Assembly: GCA_964566075.1 (NCBI GenBank)
Contig: CAZMHJ010000001.1
Coordinates: forward strand, 9,890-72,796
From: an uncultured Candidatus Saccharibacteria bacterium
GTDB taxonomy: Bacteria > Patescibacteriota > Saccharimonadia > Saccharimonadales > CAIOMD01
DNA length: 62,907 nucleotides
Direction: 5' to 3'
Positions 51,878 to 62,260 of this stretch are shown one piece after another. Made by a program: the position numbers and the translations under genes. Numbering within the stretch: position 1 is the first letter of the stretch; every line of letters starts with the position of its first letter. The notes under the pieces were generated by a model. That model had not been told where the DNA came from. It searched no databases and saw nothing but the letters and a program-made list of their open reading frames with translations.

Positions 51878-54800
51878 CTACTGAAACTTAACTTGCTCTT
51901 CGCCTACTAGGTTTTTGAGTGCCATTACTAAATCCGTACTATCGCTCACAAGTTGCGGTAGCTTAATAATTTGTTTCTTCGATTCACCGAGAACTAGCAC
52001 AGCTTCGTGGTTACCAGTATGTTCGTCAAGTAATCCCTTTAGCTGTTCGAGTGTGCTACTATCGCTTGCGTCTTTTAGACGAATATAGAGCCGCGCCTGG
52101 GCACTGTTCTCTGTTATCGCCTTTTGTGTTGTGCTAGGGTTATGGCCATTGCTCGGAATGGCGCGGGCAGCTTTTCTAACGCGTGCTTTCGGAGTGGTGA
52201 ATGATTGTCGTGCACCGGTCGGAGCATACGCTTTTGCTTCATCAGGAGTAACAATTCGTGCGCTATCTACTAGCAACTTTGCTTCTTGCATAACTACACC
52301 GGTTTTGTCAGTGCCATTTACTTTTGCAGTTACTAAAATAATTTTTTCTTTATTCCAAACATCTGTCGTATCCTTAAAGACTGTCGGGAACACCACGAGT
52401 TCTCGTTCATCACCAACAATGTCCTCTAATTTTACGAATGCCATTGGTTGTCCGTTTTTAGTCGTAATTTGACGAATGTCATTGATAGTGCCACCAACGA
52501 CAGCTGTTTTTCCATCATTTTCTGGTATCACCTCTGCAAGCAAAACAGTTTGCTCGGTTAAGAAAGAATCGAATGCTTCGAGTGGGTGACTCGATAAATA
52601 CAAACCAAGCAACTCGCGCTCCCATTGCAAATATTCGTGCTCACTATAGATTCCAGTACCAGTTGGAACTTCAATTAATATCTTTGGAGCGGTAACTTCA
52701 TCACTATCGCCAAACAAATCCGTTTGGCCAACTTTTTGTTCTTTATTGAGTTTTGCCGCCACTGCCAAAATGGTATCAAGGTGCTCAAGGAGCGCGCCGC
52801 GTTCAGCAAACCTATCAAATGCTCCGGCCTTAGTAAGACTTTCCCAGACTTTTTTATTGACGAGCCTATTATTAACTCTCGTAATAAAGTCTGCCAATGA
52901 GGTAAATTGCCCACCCTCGTCGCGCGCCCTGATAATTTCGGCAACTGCGCCATGGCCAACATTTTTGACCGCATCCATGCCAAAACGGATTTGCATTGGT
53001 TCGTCTTTTGTGTGGGGCACAACCGCAAATTCATGGAACGATTCATTGACGTCGGGTGGCAACACTTTAATACCCATGTGTTTACATTCGCTAATTTCAA
53101 TTGCCAGACGATCAGTATCATCATAGTCGCTGGTCATGACTGCCGCCATAAACGCAGCAGGGTAATGCGCTTTAAGATACGCAGTCCAGTACGCAATTAA
53201 TGCATAGCACGCAGAGTGAGATTTATTAAAGGCATAGTCGGCAAAACCCATCAGGTCTTGCCAGAACTTTTCCATTACCTCACGTGGTACACCGCTATGC
53301 TCGACGCCGCCATCTATAAACTGGACCTGCATTTTCTCCATGACATCGCGTTTTTTCTTACCAATTGCTTTACGAAGAGTGTCCGCCTCGCCACCAGTAA
53401 AGCCGCACACGTCCTTACTAATCTGCATCACCTGCTCTTGATACACTAAAACACCAAACGTCTTACCCAGCGCTGGCTCCATTGATGGGTGTGGCACACC
53501 AACCTCTTCAAGTCCATTCTTGCGCTTTACAAAGCTGTCAGTTAGACCAGCAGTGAGAGGGCCGGGACGGTATAACGCTGCCATGGCGATGATATCGTCA
53601 AAAACGGTTGGCTTTAGCTCACGTAAATAGCGTTTCATGCCAGAAGATTCAAGCTGAAAAACCCCTGTCGTGTCACCACGACCTAACAGCTGATAAGTTT
53701 TTTTATCATCAAGCGGCAGCGTATCAATATCGATATCTTTATCGTAGACGCGTTTAATAATACGCAAGGCGTTTTTTATTGTTGTTAAGTTTGACAGCCC
53801 TAAGAAGTCCATTTTAAGTAGACCAAGTTCCTCTATAGGACCCATTGGATACTGTGTAGACACAACACCCTTTTGAGCCATCTCGAGCGGAACGAACTTA
53901 ACGATTTCATCAGGCGCTATCACCACACCAGCAGCATGGATGCCATGGCTGCGTACTGTTCCTTCAAGCCGAATCGCCATATCAAATACCTGTTTGGCAG
54001 TTGGATTGCGCGCATACTCATCTTTCAGCTCAGCATTTTCTTGCAACGATTTTTCGAGTGGAATATGGCGACCTTGCACGGGTGGCGGTATCATCTTTGC
54101 TAAACGATCAGCATCGCCATATGGCACCTGTAACACTCGAGCAACATCTCGCACAGCTGCACGAGCAGCCATTCGACCAAAGGTAACAATATTAGCCACT
54201 CGGTCGCTGCCGTACTTTTCAACACAGTACTGTATAACTTCGTCACGGCGTGAATCTTGGATATCTATATCAATATCTGGCATGCTGATACGATCTGGGT
54301 TTAAGAAACGTTCAAAAAGTAGCTCGTACTTAAGTGGATCAAGTTCAGTAATTTTTAAACTGTAGGCAATAATTGAGCCTGCTGCACTGCCACGGCCAGG
54401 ACCAAACACAATACCATTATCCTTACCCCACTTAATAAAGTCCCAGATAATCAAAAAATAGCCGTTAAAGCCCATGGTATCGATAACACCTAGTTCGTAG
54501 GCAGCACGCTCTAAAATTTCTTTCGGTAGTGTTTTTTTGGCTTCTTCGATAGAAAGCTTGGTCGCCTCCTTTTCGGTTAACCCTCCGTAACGAAACGCTA
54601 GTCCTTTATACACCAGCTTATCAAGATAAGTTTTTTCAGTTTCACCGTCTGGTACGGGGAATTTTGGAATTAAAATTTTGCCGAGTTCAATCTCTATATT
54701 ACATCGGTCGGCAATGGCTTTAGTGTTAGTAATAACATCGGGGTAATCATTACCCCATCGCTCGATAATTTCGTTTGGGTTAGTGACATGCAATGGGTAG

Positions 54801-55564
54801 TCACGCAAGCTCATTCTTTTTTCATCACTTAAATACGCACCCGTGCCCACACAGAGTAGAATTTCATGTGCTTCTTGATCCTCATGCTGTAAGTAGTGAG
54901 CATCACAGGTCACAACAACGGGGATGTCGAGCTTTTTACCGAGTGCCAGCACTTTTTCGTTAATCGCCTGTTGCTCAGCGTTTGGAATAGGATTTTTGGG
55001 GTGGCCATGATCTTGAATTTCAAGGTAGTATCTGTCGCCAAATATTTCCTTATACCAACTGGCAATTTTTTCTGCCTCTTTATCTTGGCCTTCTTTAAAC
55101 GCATTACCGACTTCACCACCCATGCAAGCACTGAGCGCAATAATGCCTTCGTTATACTGCTCGAGTAACTCGTGGTCGATGCGTGGAAAATAGTAATAGC
55201 CGTCAAGGTTAGCGATAGTCGATAGCCGCATCAAGTTTTGATACCCCGTCATATTCATGGCAAGTAGTATCAAGTGAAAACGATTTTTATCTTTTTGTGG
55301 GTCTTTGTCTGTATGTTTACGGGCAGCTACGTAGGTTTCAATACCAATAATTGGCTTAATACCTCGGGCTGTTGCTTCTTTATAGAATTCAATGGTGCCG
55401 CTCAGAGTACCGTGGTCAGTCATGGCGACCGCTTGCATGCCACTGTCTTTGACAAAATCGAGCAACGCGCCAATCTTAGTCAGCCCATCTAGTAAGCTGT
55501 ACTGCGTATGGTTGTGCAAATGCACATAATCACTGGTCGCTAATGCGCCACCCGGTTTTGTCAT
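51878..55564 (-). CDS. dnaE: DNA polymerase III alpha subunit
   Basis: PHP domain (HLHNHTQYSLLDG), palm/fingers blocks, 1,228 aa. Confidence 0.94.
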   Translation of the reverse strand: MTKPGGALATSDYVHLHNHTQYSLLDGLTKIGALLDFVKDSGMQAVAMTDHGTLSGTIEFYKEATARGIKPIIGIETYVAARKHTDKDPQKDKNRFHLILLAMNMTGYQNLMRLSTIANLDGYYYFPRIDHELLEQYNEGIIALSACMGGEVGNAFKEGQDKEAEKIASWYKEIFGDRYYLEIQDHGHPKNPIPNAEQQAINEKVLALGKKLDIPVVVTCDAHYLQHEDQEAHEILLCVGTGAYLSDEKRMSLRDYPLHVTNPNEIIERWGNDYPDVITNTKAIADRCNIEIELGKILIPKFPVPDGETEKTYLDKLVYKGLAFRYGGLTEKEATKLSIEEAKKTLPKEILERAAYELGVIDTMGFNGYFLIIWDFIKWGKDNGIVFGPGRGSAAGSIIAYSLKITELDPLKYELLFERFLNPDRISMPDIDIDIQDSRRDEVIQYCVEKYGSDRVANIVTFGRMAARAAVRDVARVLQVPYGDADRLAKMIPPPVQGRHIPLEKSLQENAELKDEYARNPTAKQVFDMAIRLEGTVRSHGIHAAGVVIAPDEIVKFVPLEMAQKGVVSTQYPMGPIEELGLLKMDFLGLSNLTTIKNALRIIKRVYDKDIDIDTLPLDDKKTYQLLGRGDTTGVFQLESSGMKRYLRELKPTVFDDIIAMAALYRPGPLTAGLTDSFVKRKNGLEEVGVPHPSMEPALGKTFGVLVYQEQVMQISKDVCGFTGGEADTLRKAIGKKKRDVMEKMQVQFIDGGVEHSGVPREVMEKFWQDLMGFADYAFNKSHSACYALIAYWTAYLKAHYPAAFMAAVMTSDYDDTDRLAIEISECKHMGIKVLPPDVNESFHEFAVVPHTKDEPMQIRFGMDAVKNVGHGAVAEIIRARDEGGQFTSLADFITRVNNRLVNKKVWESLTKAGAFDRFAERGALLEHLDTILAVAAKLNKEQKVGQTDLFGDSDEVTAPKILIEVPTGTGIYSEHEYLQWERELLGLYLSSHPLEAFDSFLTEQTVLLAEVIPENDGKTAVVGGTINDIRQITTKNGQPMAFVKLEDIVGDERELVVFPTVFKDTTDVWNKEKIILVTAKVNGTDKTGVVMQEAKLLVDSARIVTPDEAKAYAPTGARQSFTTPKARVRKAARAIPSNGHNPSTTQKAITENSAQARLYIRLKDASDSSTLEQLKGLLDEHTGNHEAVLVLGESKKQIIKLPQLVSDSTDLVMALKNLVGEEQVKFQ

Positions 55565-55593
55565 GTACCCTCTCGTTCTTTGTTACTTCTTAT

Positions 55594-55625
55594 TATAAAA
55601 AACACTCGGTGATTTACCGAGTGTT
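55594..55625 (-). terminator. Intrinsic terminator after the ytxH-like gene
   Basis: AACACUCGGU-aaauc-ACCGAGUGUU followed by UUUUAUAAU on the minus strand. Confidence 0.7.
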
Positions 55626-55645
55626 TTTTGGTGTAAAATAAACTC

Positions 55646-56056
55646 TTAGTTATCTTTTAAGAAGTTTGCGAGTGCATCTTTCGCTTCGTTCGCGTTTTCT
55701 ACTGCGCGGCGGAGTTCTGGATCATCTGCTTCACCATCTTTTACAGCTGCAAGAACAGCTTTAGCCTTGTACTGTGCGTCTTGTGCATTTTCTACAAGCG
55801 TATCAAGCTCTTTCTTGCCACGTGCGCTCAAGTTTTGAGCCTTCGCACGTGCTTGGTCTACAAGCACACTTATCTGAGCTTGCAATGCGTGAATCTTTTC
55901 CTGCGCAAGCTTAATTGCACGGTCGGTTGCATCTTTAATATCTTGACGGGTTTCTTTACCGCTCTTTGGTGCAGTTAGAATACCAGCTACGTAGCCAGCA
56001 ACTAAACCAACAGCTAAACCAACGACGACGTTCTTTGCTGTATCTTGTTTGCTCAT
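55646..56056 (-). CDS. YtxH domain-containing protein
   Basis: The start is set to ATG 56054-56056, with AAGGAG upstream. TM plus APKSGKETRQDI signature, helical remainder. Confidence 0.78.
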   Translation of the reverse strand: MSKQDTAKNVVVGLAVGLVAGYVAGILTAPKSGKETRQDIKDATDRAIKLAQEKIHALQAQISVLVDQARAKAQNLSARGKKELDTLVENAQDAQYKAKAVLAAVKDGEADDPELRRAVENANEAKDALANFLKDN

Positions 56057-56081
56057 GGTAATAACTCCTTTACCCTTTAGT

Positions 56082-56333
56082 TTATTTGCGTCGAGCGCCT
56101 TGTACCGCACCCAAGATCACTTTAAGCATTGCAGCCGGACCGGCAGCATCCTTTAGTGACGTACTAAAAGACTCAACATTACCAACTATTACTTCGGCAC
56201 TATCAGCGACATTATTCGCCTTGCGCATAAACCGTATGATAAGGCTTGTAGCAATAATTGCAAGCACAAGAAATATCGCTAGGGTTACTGACAAGATAAT
56301 AACTAATATGCCATATGCATCATTTGGATTCAT
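56082..56333 (-). CDS. Small membrane protein, DUF948-like
   Basis: N-terminal TM followed by a helical segment. Pairing with a YtxH gene is typical. Confidence 0.6.
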   Translation of the reverse strand: MNPNDAYGILVIILSVTLAIFLVLAIIATSLIIRFMRKANNVADSAEVIVGNVESFSTSLKDAAGPAAMLKVILGAVQGARRK

Positions 56334-56355
56334 AATGACCTAATTATACCATGTT

Positions 56356-57234
56356 TTATTGATTTAGTCTAGTCTTTATATATTCTTTAAAATTTGGCCC
56401 TAGTTTTGGGTCAGCCAAGGCGTGGTCAACGATGGCCCTAAGGTAGCGCATTTTATCACCCGCATCATGATACACACCCTCAATAAAGCGACCGTCCACC
56501 TTACCTTGCTTTGCAAGCTCATTGATACTATCTGCGAGCACAATTTCACCACCGTGACCTATTTTTTCTTGCAATACAATCGGCAAAATATCAGATGTTA
56601 ACAGGTAACCGCCAACTGCAGCAAAGTTAGATGGTGCATTTTCTGGGCCCGGTTTTTCTACAAGTTGTGACACGTTAAATGTCCGGTCATCAAGCCTATC
56701 GGCAATATCTGCAATGCCGTATTTACTAGTATCTTTTGGTTCAACTTCGATTAAGGAGATTACCGAGTTACCGGTTCGTTCATACACTTCTAATAATTGT
56801 TTTGCGTGTGGCACTTCACTTCTAAAAAAATCATCGGCAAAGAACATATAAAACGGTTCTTCATCGCTGAGTAAATGCGAGGCATTAATGAGAGGGCGGG
56901 CATTACCCTTTGGCGTTCCTTTTTGGCGCAAATACACAAAGTTTGCGAGCTCGGCAATCTGCCTAATCTCGTCAGCTAGTTCGTCTTTACCCTTTGCGCG
57001 AAGCTCGTTCTCAAGTTCGTCCGATCGATCAAAATGGTCTTCTATCGCCCGCTTTGTGCTACCGGTCACGATAATAACATCGGTGACTCCACTCGCAACC
57101 AGTTGCTCAACAATAATCTGGATTACCGGCTTATCGATAATCGGCAGCATTTCTTTTGGCATGGCTTTGGTTTGCGGCAAAAAACGCGTACCAAGCCCCG
57201 CTGCAGCAATAATTGCTTTAGTTGGTTTTTTCAT
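56356..57234 (-). CDS. galU: UTP--glucose-1-phosphate uridylyltransferase
   Basis: AAGLGTRFLPQTKAMPKEMLPI. I prefer ATG 57232-57234 (MKKPTKAIIAAAG). Confidence 0.88.
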   Translation of the reverse strand: MKKPTKAIIAAAGLGTRFLPQTKAMPKEMLPIIDKPVIQIIVEQLVASGVTDVIIVTGSTKRAIEDHFDRSDELENELRAKGKDELADEIRQIAELANFVYLRQKGTPKGNARPLINASHLLSDEEPFYMFFADDFFRSEVPHAKQLLEVYERTGNSVISLIEVEPKDTSKYGIADIADRLDDRTFNVSQLVEKPGPENAPSNFAAVGGYLLTSDILPIVLQEKIGHGGEIVLADSINELAKQGKVDGRFIEGVYHDAGDKMRYLRAIVDHALADPKLGPNFKEYIKTRLNQ

Positions 57235-57775
57235 TACTTTGTAGCTCCCTGAGCTCATCAATTGCTAATAGCACACCAGCGCTATCACTCATTTTAAAGT
57301 TCTTTGCATTACCAATAAGCTCATCAATTGCAATCTCAATGGCTTCTGTAAACTCTGTGTCGTCGTTATGAGTGTCACCAACTTTGTAACATTCAATAGC
57401 CAGAAAATAATGATTTATAGCATTCGTGTAGGCATCTCTACATACTTTACCCAGATACTGAAGTGGCTTATCGGTTGTATAGCCCGTTTCTTCTTCGAAC
57501 TCACGCTTTGCCGCCTCTTCTGGCACTTCGCCTGCTTCAAGAAATCCACCGGGTAGTTCGTCGAATATTTCTTCTGGCCCAACTCTAAACTGACGAGCTA
57601 CGACAACCTTTAATGCTTTCGTGAGGCCAATAACCGCTATGTTCTGCGAGCTTTCAAGGCCAACGGTTGTAAATGTCTCGGTTTGACCATTTGGCAGTAC
57701 AAATGTTTTATCGACTAACCTACGAAAACCAACTTTGTGAAGTGTTGTCGGCTCTGCACGCTCCCATCGTTCCAT
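57218..57775 (-). CDS. NUDIX hydrolase
   Basis: Nudix box GGFLEAGEVPEEAAKREFEEETGY. Confidence 0.85.
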   Translation of the reverse strand: MERWERAEPTTLHKVGFRRLVDKTFVLPNGQTETFTTVGLESSQNIAVIGLTKALKVVVARQFRVGPEEIFDELPGGFLEAGEVPEEAAKREFEEETGYTTDKPLQYLGKVCRDAYTNAINHYFLAIECYKVGDTHNDDTEFTEAIEIAIDELIGNAKNFKMSDSAGVLLAIDELRELQSNEKTN

Positions 57776-57779
57776 GGTG

Positions 57780-59240
57780 TTACACTCCCAATTGTTTTTT
57801 TATAAGATCTTGGACTTTTGCAGGGTTGGCGCGGCCTTGGCTCAACTTCATAACTTGACCAACCAAAAAACCGATTGCTTTCATTTCGCCATTGCGTACA
57901 TCGTCGGCTGCCTTTTCGTTTTCACTCAGTACTTGTTCGACAATCATCACAAGCTCGCTGTCGTCAGAAATCTGTAATAGATTTTTTTCTTTAGCAACTA
58001 TCTCTGGTTCAGACTTATTAGTAATAATCTCACCCAAAATTTCTTTGGCAGCAGTTGAGCTGAGCTTATTTTCATCTACCATAGAGGCTAGTTTTACGAG
58101 CAGAGTCTGCGCCTCTGAAACCTGAGCCCAGCTAAGCTTTCCGTCGCCAACGTTACGCTGAAGTTCGCCAAGACACCAGTTCGCAATCGTACGAGCCGTT
58201 TTTGTATCATGTGCCTCTGTTGTATATCGCAACATGTCAGCAAGCTCAGGTTCCTCGAGAATGGTATTAATCTGTGCTGTATCGAGACCAAACGCACCAA
58301 AGCGTTCGCGTAGCGCAGGTGGAAGTAGTGGCATCGTTTCGGCGGTAGCTGTAACGACCGTTTTATCGATAGTAATCGGTGGAATATCAGGGTCGGGAAA
58401 ATATCGATAATCGTGTGCGTCTTCTTTACTTCGTTGGCTAAAGGTCTTTTGGCTATCATCGTCCCAACCACGCGTTTCTTGTACGATGGTTTCACCTTTT
58501 TCGAGTGCATCTATTTGGCGCTTAATTTCGTACTCAACGGCTTTTTCAACACTTCGAAAACTGTTTAGATTCTTGGTTTCAGTACGAGTACCCATGGCTG
58601 TCGGGTCCGTGCTGACACTCACGTTGACATCAAAGCGCATATTGCCATGATATAAATCAGCCTCTGAAACATCGGCGTACTTCATTAACAAATATAGTTC
58701 GTGTGCGTAAGCACGAGCTTCTTCGGCAGTATGTATATCTGGCTCCGACACAATTTCGAGCAGTGGTGTGCCTGCACGATTCAAATCAACAAGTGAATAA
58801 TCAGTGCCTGCAGGATGCGTACTCTTACCAGCATCTGCCTCAAGATGGGCTCGGGTTATGCGAACCGTTACGTATGAACCATCATCGAGTGGAGCTTCTA
58901 CAACACCAGCCCCCACTACCGGTCGCTCAAATTGCGTTATCTGATAACCAAGTGGTAAATCAGGGTAAAAATAGTGCTTACGGTCAAAATGACTGACTTC
59001 AGCAATTTCTGCCCTCAGCGCCAGTCCGGCACGGATTGCTAGCGTAACCGCTTCGCCGTTTAAAACCGGTAGTGTACCCGGCATACCAACGCAAAGAGGA
59101 CTTATGAGCGTATTTGGGGCAGCATCACGAGCGTCATTATTTACACCTGCAAAGAGTTTGGTCTTTGTCTTTAACTGTACATGGCACTCAATACCTATCG
59201 TTGGGTAGTATTTACCTTTTACTACATATTTCTCGTCCAT
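57780..59240 (-). CDS. gatB: Asp/Glu-tRNA amidotransferase subunit B
   Basis: IGIECHVQL, NRAGTPLLEIVSEPD and a C-terminal YqeY-like tail. Confidence 0.93.
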   Translation of the reverse strand: MDEKYVVKGKYYPTIGIECHVQLKTKTKLFAGVNNDARDAAPNTLISPLCVGMPGTLPVLNGEAVTLAIRAGLALRAEIAEVSHFDRKHYFYPDLPLGYQITQFERPVVGAGVVEAPLDDGSYVTVRITRAHLEADAGKSTHPAGTDYSLVDLNRAGTPLLEIVSEPDIHTAEEARAYAHELYLLMKYADVSEADLYHGNMRFDVNVSVSTDPTAMGTRTETKNLNSFRSVEKAVEYEIKRQIDALEKGETIVQETRGWDDDSQKTFSQRSKEDAHDYRYFPDPDIPPITIDKTVVTATAETMPLLPPALRERFGAFGLDTAQINTILEEPELADMLRYTTEAHDTKTARTIANWCLGELQRNVGDGKLSWAQVSEAQTLLVKLASMVDENKLSSTAAKEILGEIITNKSEPEIVAKEKNLLQISDDSELVMIVEQVLSENEKAADDVRNGEMKAIGFLVGQVMKLSQGRANPAKVQDLIKKQLGV

Positions 59241-59647
59241 TACAGTACCCCTAAATCCTTAAAGGTTTTATAGTAGCCCTGTAGTGCAGTTTTCATCTGT
59301 TTTTCGGTAGGCTCGTGCATGGTTTCGTGGACGATTTTGTTACGTAGTTTGTGGGCATTCCAGACTTCGTCACGGTGTTGTAATTTAGCTTTTGCACCAA
59401 TAAGTCGTTCGGCCATCGTGTTGCCACTGTAACCAAGGCATTTGAGTGCTTCGTCTAACAGCTTGTCAGCATGCACAATGCTCATAGGCTGGGTTTTCTT
59501 ATCTTTAAAAAGCAACATCACGTCGTTCCACTCATTTTTGAAATGTTCTTTATCGATGCCTTTTGGCGGGGTTCGGCCAATCAAACTAATAATAACCAAA
59601 ATAACAACAGCGGCAACGATAATTGCAATGGTGGCACCTATACTCAT
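59240..59647 (-). CDS. Hypothetical TM-anchored helical protein, 135 aa, between gatA and gatB
   Basis: Track ORF. Overlaps the gatA stop by 4 nt and the gatB start by 1 nt. AHKLRNKIVHE motif. Confidence 0.6.
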   Translation of the reverse strand: MSIGATIAIIVAAVVILVIISLIGRTPPKGIDKEHFKNEWNDVMLLFKDKKTQPMSIVHADKLLDEALKCLGYSGNTMAERLIGAKAKLQHRDEVWNAHKLRNKIVHETMHEPTEKQMKTALQGYYKTFKDLGVL

Positions 59648-61065
59648 ACTGCGAACTCCTCGTAGGCTTTAGCGAGTGCAAGTAGTTGTTTATCACCATG
59701 TTGTGGCGCCATAAGCTGTAGGCCAACTGGCAAACCATTACTCTCGCCTGCCGGTACACTTATTGACGGATTGCCGACAAGGTTGACGGCAACAGTCATA
59801 ATATCGGCTAAATACATCTGCAGTGGGTCATCAGCATTCTCCCCCAGCTTAAAAGCGGTCATAGGTGCGGTTGGGCCAAGCAAGAAATCAACGTCCTTAA
59901 ACGTTTCGGCAAATTCATTAATTAATTTTGTGCGAACCGTCTGAGCTTTCTTGTAATAGGCATCATAGTAACCGCTGCTCAGCACATAGGTGCCAATCAT
60001 AATACGACGCTTGTTTTCGGCTTCAAAGCCTCGTTCGCGCGCTTCTTCGTAGCTTTCATCGAGGTCTTTGGCATTAGGCACCGCCAACCCGTAGCGCTGA
60101 CCGTCATATCGACTCAGATTACTACTTACCTCGGCTGGAACAATAATGTAATAGCAAGCGAGCGCGAGTTTGAGTGAAGGCATACTAACCTCAACAATCT
60201 CCGCACCGGCTTTTTTGAACTTTTCAATTGCTGCTTCAATTTGTGTCTTAACACCAGCATCAAGTCCTTCACCAAAATATTCTTTAATAACCCCTATTTT
60301 CTTACCCGCAAGGTCTAGCTTTGGAGCATCATAACTTTCGGTATCTCTTTCGATAGTTGTGCCATCAAGTACATCACGACCACTCATAACGTCAAGTACA
60401 ATAGCAGCGTCTTCTGCGCTGCGGGTAAGTGGACCGATAACATCTGTTGAGCTAGCCATGGCAACAACACCATAACGTGAAACTAACCCATACGTAGGTT
60501 TTAGACCCACGACGCCACAAAAGCTGGCTGGCAAACGAATTGAGCCACCAGTGTCGGTACCAAGCGCAAACGGCACAATATCAAGCGCTACCGCAGCGCC
60601 AGAACCACCAGACGAACCACCTGGTACACGAGTTTTATCATGCGGGTTAAGGGTTGGGCCAAAGCCACTGTTTTCGGTTGAAGAACCATGCGCAAAGGCA
60701 TCAAGATTGGCCTTTGCGACCATAATGGCGCCTTCTGCCTCTAGCTTTTCGATTGCGGTTGCCTGAAATGGAGCCTCAAACGGCTCTAAAATATGACTCG
60801 CGGCAGTTGTTTTGGTGTCTAGGGTCAAAAAGTTATCTTTCGCAATAAAAGGTACACCAGCAAGTCGACCAACTTTTTTGCCAGCTTTTACATCAGCATC
60901 AATTTGAGTTGCTCGTTCTAGCGCACGTTTTTCGGCTGTTTGTAGCACAACATGATATTCATCCGTTTCTTGAATACGTGCTAAGGCCTTTTTGACGTTA
61001 TCAACAGCCGAAACTTTGCCAGCCTGTACGTCGGTGACTATTCCTTTTATTGACGCCCAGCTCAT
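59644..61065 (-). CDS. gatA: Asp/Glu-tRNA amidotransferase subunit A
   Basis: Amidase signature GGSSGGSGAAVA...GTDTGGSIRLPA. Confidence 0.93.
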   Translation of the reverse strand: MSWASIKGIVTDVQAGKVSAVDNVKKALARIQETDEYHVVLQTAEKRALERATQIDADVKAGKKVGRLAGVPFIAKDNFLTLDTKTTAASHILEPFEAPFQATAIEKLEAEGAIMVAKANLDAFAHGSSTENSGFGPTLNPHDKTRVPGGSSGGSGAAVALDIVPFALGTDTGGSIRLPASFCGVVGLKPTYGLVSRYGVVAMASSTDVIGPLTRSAEDAAIVLDVMSGRDVLDGTTIERDTESYDAPKLDLAGKKIGVIKEYFGEGLDAGVKTQIEAAIEKFKKAGAEIVEVSMPSLKLALACYYIIVPAEVSSNLSRYDGQRYGLAVPNAKDLDESYEEARERGFEAENKRRIMIGTYVLSSGYYDAYYKKAQTVRTKLINEFAETFKDVDFLLGPTAPMTAFKLGENADDPLQMYLADIMTVAVNLVGNPSISVPAGESNGLPVGLQLMAPQHGDKQLLALAKAYEEFAV

Positions 61066-61355
61066 CCAATCATCCTTTTAACCTTAAATAGGTTGTCCTG
61101 TTGGGCAGGAGCATTTTTAAGCAGATCTTGGGGCTTAACACCGTAATCAATTTCTTCGTCTGCACGCACTACATTCTGCAAACCTGTCACTTGGCTTGTT
61201 GGTTCTAAACCAGCTACATCAACATCTTGTAATTGTTCAACATAGGCCAAGATTGCGCTTAATTCATCTTGGTATTTGGCAACTTCTTCGTCAGTCAATC
61301 GTAAACGGCACAAGCGAGCAAGCTTACGTATATCCGCAGCACTAAATTTTGTCAT
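61062..61355 (-). CDS. gatC: Asp/Glu-tRNA amidotransferase subunit C
   Basis: LARLCRLRLTDEE...ILAYVEQL. Position directly upstream of gatA. Confidence 0.88.
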   Translation of the reverse strand: MTKFSAADIRKLARLCRLRLTDEEVAKYQDELSAILAYVEQLQDVDVAGLEPTSQVTGLQNVVRADEEIDYGVKPQDLLKNAPAQQDNLFKVKRMIG

Positions 61356-61615
61356 CGTAATTAAGTATACCCCGCCGTAAAAGCCGTCAGCAAGGGGTAA
61401 AAATTACAAACTGGCCATTTTAGACTTTTTATTCAACTTATGGTAAAATAGGTGTGAAACGTAAAGGCGTTTCAACACTGACAGAATATTGTTTCTGTCC
61501 TTTTACTGAATTGTTCTGGTCATGGTGGCCATAAAAACAGAACGCTGCAGTAAGAGAATGCATTTTTTAATGTGTTCTACCTATTACAAACCAATGTAAA
61601 AAGGAGACTCTTTTT

Positions 61616-62260
61616 ATGCGTGTAGAATTATCTACTCCGCAATGGGAGCATGGGCTTTCATGGCGTAAAAAAACTGCAGCAAGCGCTGCTGCATTTATAC
61701 TACCAATAGTGATGATGCCTGCTACTGAACAGCCATTACATATCACACAACAAACGACTGCAAGCGCTGCTTCAGAATTTAACGATGTATCAGACATTTA
61801 TGCTGCTAAACAGGCAGCTAGTCTTAATAGTCTTATTTCTGGTGATGTCGTAAAGACTCATCCGGCAACATTACCTCGCAGCATTGCTGAGGTAGCTACC
61901 AAAGAGTGCTTTGCAATTAACCCAAAGCGACTGCATCATACAATGCCTGAATATTATGACAATATCCAGCTCGCCTGTGAAATGGCGAAAAGTGAGCCTT
62001 GGGCAAAAACAAATTTTACCGCACAAATGAACGCACTCGTCTACGATTTATGGGACCCTGAGTCAGGCTGGAACCCACGCGCCGACAATCCTAGCTCAAG
62101 CGCCCATGGTATACCCCAGGCTTTGCCGGGTAGCAAAATGGGCCCTGGTTGGCAGTCTGATGCTAAAGCCCAAATTAAATGGGGATTACGCTATATTCGT
62201 AAGCTGTATGGTAACCCGATTCATGCAGTCGAAGTTCGTTCCACTCGTGGGTGGTACTAA
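61616..62260 (+). CDS. Secreted lytic-transglycosylase-like protein
   Basis: AAGGAG upstream, a signal-like N-terminus, and [27 protein letters not shown] resembling the transglycosylase-like domain of Gram-positive surface proteins. Confidence 0.65.
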   Translation: MRVELSTPQWEHGLSWRKKTAASAAAFILPIVMMPATEQPLHITQQTTASAASEFNDVSDIYAAKQAASLNSLISGDVVKTHPATLPRSIAEVATKECFAINPKRLHHTMPEYYDNIQLACEMAKSEPWAKTNFTAQMNALVYDLWDPESGWNPRADNPSSSAHGIPQALPGSKMGPGWQSDAKAQIKWGLRYIRKLYGNPIHAVEVRSTRGWY

